A DNA stretch of 32,000 nucleotides, from positions 1 to 32,000 of the forward strand of contig JAWBCC010000003.1 of the NCBI GenBank assembly GCA_038823825.1, in the 5' to 3' direction. Positions 17,272 to 23,682 of this stretch are shown here, in pieces. The notes below the pieces were generated by a model. The model did no database searches and was not told the DNA's origin. It saw only the letters and a list, made by a program, of their open reading frames with translations. The DNA comes from Candidatus Hadarchaeales archaeon. GTDB lineage: Archaea > Hadarchaeota > Hadarchaeia > Hadarchaeales > Hadarchaeaceae. The position numbers and the translations under genes are program-made. Every line of letters starts with the position of its first letter. The stretch's first letter is position 1.

Positions 17272-17646
17272 CTAAATGTTTGAAGAGGATTCATTGTTGT
17301 CCGAAAACCCCCAAAGACGAGATTCGCAGATGATTTTTCCTCCTCGGAGCATTATCTCCTTTCCACTATCTCCATCATCGAAAATGATCCAAGTAGTCTG
17401 TGGTGTTACCTCGGAAATTTTCTTCAAAGCGTTCATCAGTTTTGCCAGTTCTGCATCGCTTCTCACTCTCGTGAAACCCCAGCGTGCCTCACCTGGCTCC
17501 AAGCCCTCAATGATGTCCGATTTTCTCCAGAGTTTTATCCTGTCCCAGAAACTCTTCTCTTCGTTGTACTCCTCCTTTATTTTCGCGATTCTCTGAATGT
17601 CTTCTTCGTCGAGCGGATCAAGCGACAAATAGTGTATCAACCTCAT
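17272..17646 (-). CDS. Hypothetical protein, 124 aa
   Basis: The ORF has coding-like composition. The palindromic TATA-like TTTATAAA at 17673-17680 is centred ~27 nt upstream of a predicted TSS about 4 nt before the ATG at 17646. I recognise no family. Confidence 0.5.
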   Translation of the reverse strand: MRLIHYLSLDPLDEEDIQRIAKIKEEYNEEKSFWDRIKLWRKSDIIEGLEPGEARWGFTRVRSDAELAKLMNALKKISEVTPQTTWIIFDDGDSGKEIMLRGGKIICESRLWGFSDNNESSSNI

Positions 17647-17738
17647 TCAGCAGATTTTTGGTTTTAAAGTGGTTTATAAAGCGGAACATCCAACGAAATT
17701 TCTGGTGCGATTCCTTTTCATAAAATGTGTAGGGAAAG

Positions 17739-17747
17739 ATTTTAAAG
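17739..17747 (+). promoter_or_regulatory. TATA-like box ATTTTAAAG about 26 nt upstream of ATG 17769
   Basis: Position only. It supports expression of the small desulforedoxin-like ORF as a leaderless mRNA. Confidence 0.35.
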
Positions 17748-17768
17748 ACAAAAAAAGACATAATCCCG

Positions 17769-17894
17769 ATGAAAAAAGGTGAGAAATACAAATGCCAGAA
17801 GTGCGGTCTGGTTGTCGTTATCGACAGCGCCTGCACGTGTACCGCCTGTGATCTGATCTGCTGCGGATTGCCGCTAAAGCCTGCCAAAAAGTAG
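17769..17894 (+). CDS. Desulforedoxin-like small metal-binding protein, 41 aa (not in the ORF track)
   Basis: MKKGEKYKCQKCGLVVVIDSACTCTACDLICCGLPLKPAKK. Compare D. gigas desulforedoxin ..[35 protein letters not shown].VV and the adjacent CCG are conserved. Confidence 0.65.
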   Translation: MKKGEKYKCQKCGLVVVIDSACTCTACDLICCGLPLKPAKK

Positions 17895-17925
17895 AACTTA
17901 TTTGACCCGCAGACAATGGGCTTTT

Positions 17926-18729
17926 GTGAAGTTTGGAGCTGTCTGCACGGTTAGCGGAGAATTTGCGGAGGTCAGCAACGTCGAGAAAGCCGCTAAGCTC
18001 AGCGAAGATGCAGGTTTAGACTCGTTCCTCGTCTGGGACCATTACATGCTCCCGCACACGAATAGAACGCTCGAGGCCTACACACTTCTTGCCTATCTGG
18101 CCGGAAAGACGGAGAGGATAAAGCTTGGAACCTGCGTGACTCCTCTTCCATTTCGCCACCCAGCAGTTCTCGCAAAAATCGTCTCTACTCTCGACGTCTT
18201 ATCTGGTGGTCGCGTCATAGTTGGAGTCGGAGCTGGCTGGCATAGACCAGAGTTCGAGGGGTACAGCAAGTGGGGAAGCGATGCGGAGAGAGTTGAAAGA
18301 ACGGAAGAAGCCTTGAAGATAATGATAAATCTCTGGACTAGACCAAGCGTAAGTTTTGAGGGAAAATATTACCAAGTCCACGGAGCGGTTCTGGAGCCAA
18401 AACCAATCCAGAAACCGTATCCACCCCTTTGGTTCGGGACTGTTGGAAGGCGGATGTTGAGACTGGCCATCAAATATGGAAGCGGATGGATCCCGATTGA
18501 CATCCCGCCATTGGAATACAGGGAAATCAGAGATTGGCTCGCCGCGCATGTGAGAAGCGGTTTCGTTTTTGCGAACGTCTGCTGGCCATCCTCAAGCAAG
18601 ACGGAGATGAAGGAAAAGGTTGAGATGTTTGCCAAGAGTGGTTGTGATTATTATTTTGAGGTGCTCGAACACCCAGTGGCGGAGAGGCAGATTCGGTGGA
18701 TGACGGAGATTGTCAGGGATTTTAGATAG
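17926..18729 (+). CDS. Luciferase-like (LLM class) flavin/F420-dependent oxidoreductase
   Basis: VKFGAV..AAKLSEDAGLDSFLVWDH..GGRVIVGVGAGW..EFEGYS matches LLM family motifs. GTG 17926 is preferred because it gives the family-typical (M)KFG N-terminus. TTG 17902 is the alternative. Confidence 0.7.
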   Translation: MKFGAVCTVSGEFAEVSNVEKAAKLSEDAGLDSFLVWDHYMLPHTNRTLEAYTLLAYLAGKTERIKLGTCVTPLPFRHPAVLAKIVSTLDVLSGGRVIVGVGAGWHRPEFEGYSKWGSDAERVERTEEALKIMINLWTRPSVSFEGKYYQVHGAVLEPKPIQKPYPPLWFGTVGRRMLRLAIKYGSGWIPIDIPPLEYREIRDWLAAHVRSGFVFANVCWPSSSKTEMKEKVEMFAKSGCDYYFEVLEHPVAERQIRWMTEIVRDFR

Positions 18730-18745
18730 TATGCACAGAAAAAAT

Positions 18746-18772
18746 ACCCACCGATCCCAACGCCATGCTCAC
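18746..18772 (-). other. Possible decayed fragment of the tRNA-Ser variable arm/T-arm (candidate relic att site)
   Basis: Minus-strand GAGCATGGCGTTGGGATCGGTGGGTA compared with tRNA GAGCGTGTGGCCCGTTGGGCCTCGTGGGTT. The blocks GAGC, TGGC, GTTGGG and GTGGGT are shared in order. Hand alignment only. Confidence 0.25.
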
Positions 18773-18819
18773 TATTACTTATATATTACTTACCTAACCA
18801 ACAAAATATTGGGATTGAA

Positions 18820-19278
18820 GTGACTCTAAACCATCTTGCTTGGCTCATTAATCTCATCGGAATGTCGCTGGATCAAATAAAATCGGAGTCAGACGAAGGT
18901 TTCGAGCATAGGCTTAAAATTCAAAAGGCGGTCTTTTTGCTGAAACATTTTGGTGTGAAGCCATTTACGTCTTACGATTTCAACCTCTATCTCCATGGAC
19001 CATATTCTCCTAAACTTGCAGAGGATTATTACAACATAAGCGAAACTACGAAACCTGCAGAAGTTAGGTTAGACGATGATAAAAAGAAGCTGCTTTATTG
19101 GTTCATCGATCATGATTGCAGGTGGCTTGAGGTTGCAACAAGCATAATATCACTAAATGAAAGATACGGAAAACTATCGAACGATGAAATCTATTCAATA
19201 CTGAGAGTGTCAAAGTCTTGGTTGGAGAAGGCAGAGTTTGAGAAGATTAAGCGGGAACTGGAAGAACACGGGCTTTAG
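18820..19278 (+). CDS. Panacea (SocA/DUF4065)-like putative antitoxin, 152 aa
   Basis: RLKIQKAVFLLKHFG....YDFNLYLHGPYSPKLAEDYY resembles the KLQKLLY...GP(V/Y).P..Y core of the Panacea domain. An 18-nt gap containing GAGGAAA precedes the downstream PIN gene. Confidence 0.4.
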   Translation: MTLNHLAWLINLIGMSLDQIKSESDEGFEHRLKIQKAVFLLKHFGVKPFTSYDFNLYLHGPYSPKLAEDYYNISETTKPAEVRLDDDKKKLLYWFIDHDCRWLEVATSIISLNERYGKLSNDEIYSILRVSKSWLEKAEFEKIKRELEEHGL

Positions 19279-19296
19279 TTTGATAGAGGAAATTCT

Positions 19297-19797
19297 ATGC
19301 CTGCTTATCATTTGGACACATCTTACCTTTTTCCGCTTTTATTACCGGATATCGAGGGGGATAAAGAAAAAATCCGGATCGCCCAGAAAAATGTCAAAAT
19401 ATTGCAACAGCAGAAAAATGAAGTTAGAGTATCTCAAGTGGCATTGGGAGAATTTTTTTCAGAAGTAATAGAGAAAATCAAGAAAAATATGAGTTTATCG
19501 CTCACCGATATTTGTCAGGAGTTTCTTCAATACGAACTTGAAATATACTGGCTTAAAAAAGAAGGAAACGAAATCGGCAGATTCATAAATTTCGTGAACG
19601 ATTTAAGGTCGAGAAAGGGCAATGGATGGGAAATAGATCCCATGGATTGTATGATAGTGGCATGTAGCATGGCCGACAGAGAAAGTTTCGGGCTGTTGAC
19701 ATTTGATAAAAACTTGATAGAGAGCAGGAGAATAAGTGAAATCGTGAAAAAGCATCCTGACATAAAAAAATTCAAAATCACAGATAACCTGGTTTAA
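19297..19797 (+). CDS. PIN-domain (VapC-like) ribonuclease, putative toxin, 166 aa
   Basis: Four acidic PIN positions occur in the expected order and context: D7 (YHLDTSY), E52 (ALGEFF), D114/D117 (IDPMDCMIVACS), D137 (LLTFDKNL). Confidence 0.65.
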   Translation: MPAYHLDTSYLFPLLLPDIEGDKEKIRIAQKNVKILQQQKNEVRVSQVALGEFFSEVIEKIKKNMSLSLTDICQEFLQYELEIYWLKKEGNEIGRFINFVNDLRSRKGNGWEIDPMDCMIVACSMADRESFGLLTFDKNLIESRRISEIVKKHPDIKKFKITDNLV

Positions 19798-20072
19798 TGA
19801 TTTTGCCCCTTTGATCATTCTCTCAACCATTTTCTGAATTCTTTTGACGTCTTCGTCTCTGAGGTCGAGAATTTTTCCTATGGCGCAGTCGATCTCATAT
19901 ATCTTAGGTTTGAGCTTTTTTTCGATTTGTTCCTTGGTCGAGCCCGTCGAAAAGTTTGGCTAATGTGTTAAGTTGTTTTTTTGCTTAACTTTCTTACATC
20001 AAGAATTGGCATTTTTCTGGCAACGGTTACTTTCTCATCTTTTTTCACGGTCGGCAGTTGCTGCTCTTCCAC
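19798..20072 (-). pseudogene. Possible decayed gene: three coding-like fragments in three frames between tRNA-Ser and the PIN gene
   Basis: The three minus-strand fragments are (GTG)EEQQLPTVKKDEKVTVARKMPILDVRKLSKKTT*, AKKQLNTLAKLFDGLDQGTNRKKAQT* and PNFSTGSTKEQIEKKLKPKIYEIDCAIGKILDLRDEDVKRIQKMVERMIKGAKSL. At least one frame switch lies at an A7 run. The last fragment has no start codon. Confidence 0.25.
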
Positions 20073-20092
20073 CTAAGTTCGTCGAGGACATG

Positions 20093-20177
20093 CGCCGGGG
20101 GTGGGATTTGAACCCACGAGGCCCAACGGGCCACACGCTCTCAAGGCGTGCGCCTTACCTGGCTTGGCTACCCCGGC
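20093..20177 (-). tRNA. tRNA-Ser (anticodon UGA), 85 nt, no encoded CCA
   Basis: Folded by hand. Acceptor GCCGGGG/CCCCGGC; 3-bp D stem GCC/GGC; anticodon stem CACGC/GCGTG with loop CUUGAGA; long variable arm GGCCC-GUU-GGGCC; T arm GTGGG-TTCAAAT-CCCAC; discriminator G. Confidence 0.95.
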
Positions 20178-20244
20178 TCATAAAAACATCGCTTAGCTAG
20201 ACAATAAAGGTTAAATGAAAGACAGAGGAAAGGTTCCTACCAAC

Positions 20245-20451
20245 TCATTTCAGAAATCCGAGCTCTTTGAGTTGTTTTATGATAATGTAGAGAACGCACG
20301 TGGTCGTTTTGACGTTTGATTCCCTTGCCAGCTCCTCCAAGATGTTCTTCACGGTGGGCGGAAGATACACCACTAGTTTCTGATTTTTAGGCTCTACAAA
20401 AATGTCCTCAAGCGGAATTGGATTTTTCAATGATTTCTTTTTTAGCTTCAC
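20245..20451 (-). CDS. Ribbon-helix-helix (CopG/Arc-like) DNA-binding protein, 68 aa
   Basis: KLVVYLPPTVKNILEELARESNVKTTTCVLYIIIKQLKELG fits a beta-alpha-alpha RHH layout. GTG start, with the palindromic TATA-like TTTAAATA (20475-20482) about 26 nt upstream. Confidence 0.5.
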   Translation of the reverse strand: MKLKKKSLKNPIPLEDIFVEPKNQKLVVYLPPTVKNILEELARESNVKTTTCVLYIIIKQLKELGFLK

Positions 20452-20497
20452 GAATACTCATCGTTTTCGCAAAATTTAAATACGAAACTGCTCCGCC

Positions 20498-20509
20498 AAT
20501 GTGCACATT
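20498..20509. promoter_or_regulatory. Perfect 12-bp palindrome AATGTGCACATT
   Basis: Read directly. It shares TGTG/CACA half-sites with the palindrome at 20534-20547. Confidence 0.5.
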
Positions 20510-20533
20510 TTTGGCAACGTTTTCGTGACAGAT

Positions 20534-20547
20534 TGTGTATATACACA
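20534..20547. promoter_or_regulatory. Perfect 14-bp palindrome TGTGTATATACACA containing a TATA core, about 30-35 nt upstream of ATG 20576
   Basis: Read directly. Candidate combined TATA box and operator for the beta-propeller gene. Confidence 0.5.
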
Positions 20548-20575
20548 GCAGTCAACAAACCTTAAACCGGTAAAA

Positions 20576-22492
20576 ATGGTCGAGGACTACCGAAAGTGGG
20601 AGAAACGGGTAAGAAATCTAAGCCCTGGAAGACACTTAAGATACACGCTTCTGGCCACAGTCGTCGTTGTTATGATAGTCGCCTTTATCGGCTCATACAG
20701 ATTTCTCCGATCCCCCGTCGTTAAAACAACATTCGGGTTGACCAAATTTTCTTCCGAGTCAGAGTTCCGCAGCTATCTCTTGAGCTCGAGCTGGCTGCTC
20801 AACTATCTCCCCAGAACGTTTACAGCCTCTTTTTCAGTCAGGGATGTCGGACTTGAAGGTGGACTAGCCGCGATACCAGAAAGAATATCGACGACGAACG
20901 TTCAGGTAGCCGGCATAGACGAGCCAGACATAGTGAAAACCGACGGCGTGAACATATATTTCTCACCACCCCCGTTGTTTTACGTCTGGTGGATTCCTGG
21001 TTTCCGCGCAGAGTTCCCAGAATTTCAATACCCGCAGACCCATATCGTCAGAGCTTTCCCCCCTGAAAACATCTCCGTCATATCGAAGATAGACAAAACA
21101 GGAGACATGCTCTTGGTTGACAATGTTCTTGTGATTTTCTCCGGAAGCGAAATCACAGGTTATGACGTGTCCAATCCCGACTCCCCGGTCGAGACCTGGA
21201 GCATTGAGGTTAATGGCTCGATTATCGCGGCAAGGCTTTACCGGGGAGTGATATATCTCGTTACGCAGACTTTTGTTTACCCAGATATCGATTTTCCATT
21301 GACTCTGATCAGATCAGAGAACGAGGCCGTCACCATAGGTGTCTCGGAAATCTATAGACCAGTGGAACGGATTCCAGTAGATGCTCTCTTCACCGCGGCG
21401 ACCTTGGACCCGATGCAGGGCAAGATAACAAATAAGCTTTCCTTCGTCGGTTCTTCTGGGACCTCCATCGTTTATATGTCCCAGAACGCTCTTTACATAA
21501 CTTACACGTACTACCCATCTCCGCTCGAGACGTACCATCGCTTCATCAAGGAAAAGTGTGGTGACATTCTTTCGAGCGACGACATGCTGAGAATAGATAA
21601 GCTGATAGCCTTGGAAATCAGCGAAGAGGCAAAACTTTTCGAGTTGGAAACAATTCTCGAGCCATACCTTAGGGAGATTTCCGCACGAGCGGAGAACTAC
21701 TTCGCAGAAAGGGCGAGAGATCTACAACTCACTGGAATAATCAAAGTGGATCTTGAAAGCTTTGGAATAGTGGCGCAAGGAAGGGTGCCGGGATATCCCC
21801 TCAATCAGTTCTCTCTCGACGAGTTCAACGGATATCTGCGCTTGGCTACGACCATAGAACCATTCATCTGGATGTTTGGCAGCGTGCAGAGTGCGAACGA
21901 CGTCTACATTCTGGATGGGGAACTTAAAGTAGTTGGATCAGTAAAAGATCTCGGTCTGACGGAGAGAATATACTCAGTTAGATTCATCGGAGAGAAAGGA
22001 TATATCGTCACCTTCAGGGAAACGGATCCATTCTACGTCCTAAATCTATCGGATCCAGCAAATCCACGACTTACAGGTGAGCTTAAAATTCCTGGCTATT
22101 CCTCCTACCTTCACCCGATAACGGAAAATCTCATCTTGGGCATCGGAAGGGAAAACTTGAATGTTAAAATCTCCCTCTTCGATGTTTCAGAGTCCTCGCA
22201 ACCAGTCGAGCTTGACAAAACGATTCTTGACGAATACTGGTCGGACGTTCTTGAGACTCACCACGCTTTTCTGCTCGATCCAGACCACAAGGTTTTCTTC
22301 CTCCCCGCAGGACAGAACGGATATGTCTTCTCATACGAAAACGCCAAAATCAGCCAGGTGTTGAAGACAGAAATTTCGGAAATCAGCAGGGCGGTTTATT
22401 TGGATGACTTTCTCTACCTAATAGGTTCGCGCGGCATAGTTGTCTTTGATGAAAACACGTGGCAAAAGGTCAGTGAGGTAGTGTTTGAGTAA
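20576..22492 (+). CDS. Secreted/membrane-anchored beta-propeller domain protein (COG4880 / Beta_propel family)
   Basis: NVQVAGIDEPDIVKTDGVNIY and ERIYSVRFIGEKGYIVTFRETDPFYVLNLSDPANPRLTGELKIPGYSSYLHPI are family hallmarks. An N-terminal TM helix (YTLLATVVVVMIVAFIGSY) follows ATG 20576. GTG 20501 is possible but less likely. Confidence 0.8.
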   Translation: MVEDYRKWEKRVRNLSPGRHLRYTLLATVVVVMIVAFIGSYRFLRSPVVKTTFGLTKFSSESEFRSYLLSSSWLLNYLPRTFTASFSVRDVGLEGGLAAIPERISTTNVQVAGIDEPDIVKTDGVNIYFSPPPLFYVWWIPGFRAEFPEFQYPQTHIVRAFPPENISVISKIDKTGDMLLVDNVLVIFSGSEITGYDVSNPDSPVETWSIEVNGSIIAARLYRGVIYLVTQTFVYPDIDFPLTLIRSENEAVTIGVSEIYRPVERIPVDALFTAATLDPMQGKITNKLSFVGSSGTSIVYMSQNALYITYTYYPSPLETYHRFIKEKCGDILSSDDMLRIDKLIALEISEEAKLFELETILEPYLREISARAENYFAERARDLQLTGIIKVDLESFGIVAQGRVPGYPLNQFSLDEFNGYLRLATTIEPFIWMFGSVQSANDVYILDGELKVVGSVKDLGLTERIYSVRFIGEKGYIVTFRETDPFYVLNLSDPANPRLTGELKIPGYSSYLHPITENLILGIGRENLNVKISLFDVSESSQPVELDKTILDEYWSDVLETHHAFLLDPDHKVFFLPAGQNGYVFSYENAKISQVLKTEISEISRAVYLDDFLYLIGSRGIVVFDENTWQKVSEVVFE

Positions 22493-22509
22493 CGTCGCTG
22501 TTCACAAGG

Positions 22510-22517
22510 TTTATAAG
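22510..22517 (+). promoter_or_regulatory. TATA-like box TTTATAAG upstream of carA
   Basis: The box centre plus ~26 nt falls at about 22540, just before TTG 22546. Confidence 0.3.
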
Positions 22518-22545
22518 CGAAGGCAAGAAAAGGATAGAAAGGGTC

Positions 22546-23682
22546 TTGGTTAAGAAGGCAATTCTGGCACTTGAAGACGGCACAGTAGTCAGAGGATTGG
22601 GTTTTGGAGCCTGCGGAGAGGCAATAGGTGAAATAGTTTTCAACACGGCAATGGTTGGCTACGTTGAGGCTCTCACTGACCCATCCTACAAAGGGCAAAT
22701 TCTGATGATGACGTATCCTCTCATAGGAAACTACGGTTATTCTCCAGAGTGGCACGAGTCGGATTCGATAAAAGCGGAAGGTTTTGTTGTCCGAGAAGCA
22801 TGCAAAACCCCAAGTCATCCGAAATCCATTATGACAATTTCAGAATTCCTCGAAAGGGAAGGAATTCCGGGCATTGAAGGTGTGGACACGAGAGCGCTAA
22901 CCCTGAAAATCCGCGAATACGGAACGATGAAAAGTGCTCTTGCGGTCTTCGAAGAAAAAGACGAACCAGATCCTCAGGAAATCCTAAAGAAGGCTAAGGA
23001 ACAACCGCATATAACGGAGAGGGATCTAGTTCCTCTGGTTAGCCGCAAGGAGAAAACAAGAATAGACGTGGGCGGAGATCTAGAAGTAGTTCTTATCGAC
23101 TGCGGCGTCAAGCAGAGTATAATCAATTCTCTCCTAAAGAGGAAGATAAATTTCACAATAGTCCCCTTCGATACACCGGCAGACGAAATCTTGGAGATGC
23201 GTCCAGACGGTGTCTTTCTTTCGAACGGTCCTGGAGACCCGGCAAGGGTGAAGGAAACGATAGAGACGGTGAAGAAACTTTTGGGCAGCTTACCACTCAT
23301 CGGAATATGTCTAGGTCATCAACTTCTCGCTCTGGCTTGTGGAGCAAAAACTTTCAAACTCAAATTCGGTCACAGGGGAATAAACCAACCAGTAAAAGAT
23401 TTAAAAACCGGAAGAGTTTTCATCAGCTCTCAAAACCACGGTTTCGCAGTTGACGAAAATTCTCTCGATGGAACAGGTCTACGTGTCACCCAACTAAACC
23501 CAAACGATTGGACGGTGGAAGGAATCGAGCACACGGAGATTCCGCTGTTTTCGGTTCAGTATCACCCAGAGGCTTCACCGGGTCCAAACGATACCCTATT
23601 TTTCTTCGATGAGGTAGCTAGGTTCATCAAGAGGTGGAAGGAATGCCAAAGCGTACAGACATCAGGAAAATTCTCGTCATAG
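22546..23682 (+). CDS. carA: Carbamoyl-phosphate synthase small (glutaminase) subunit
   Basis: [48 protein letters not shown], and GATase triad motifs ([12 protein letters not shown]). The 3' end overlaps carB by 40 nt. Confidence 0.95.
   Translation: MVKKAILALEDGTVVRGLGFGACGEAIGEIVFNTAMVGYVEALTDPSYKGQILMMTYPLIGNYGYSPEWHESDSIKAEGFVVREACKTPSHPKSIMTISEFLEREGIPGIEGVDTRALTLKIREYGTMKSALAVFEEKDEPDPQEILKKAKEQPHITERDLVPLVSRKEKTRIDVGGDLEVVLIDCGVKQSIINSLLKRKINFTIVPFDTPADEILEMRPDGVFLSNGPGDPARVKETIETVKKLLGSLPLIGICLGHQLLALACGAKTFKLKFGHRGINQPVKDLKTGRVFISSQNHGFAVDENSLDGTGLRVTQLNPNDWTVEGIEHTEIPLFSVQYHPEASPGPNDTLFFFDEVARFIKRWKECQSVQTSGKFSS

Noticed and set aside
17618-17887. 89-aa minus-strand ORF in the ORF track
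   Set aside because: It spans an AT-rich intergenic promoter region and has no family resemblance. The plus strand encodes a convincing desulforedoxin-like peptide with its own TATA box at the correct distance.
19973-20200. 75-aa plus-strand ORF
   Set aside because: It runs antisense straight through the tRNA-Ser gene and is an artefact of the GC-rich tRNA sequence.
23643-23682. 40-nt overlap between carA and carB
   Set aside because: Overlapping subunit genes with an internal Shine-Dalgarno (GAGGTG before ATG 23643) are ordinary operon organisation. The extra carA tail is short and not conserved-looking.
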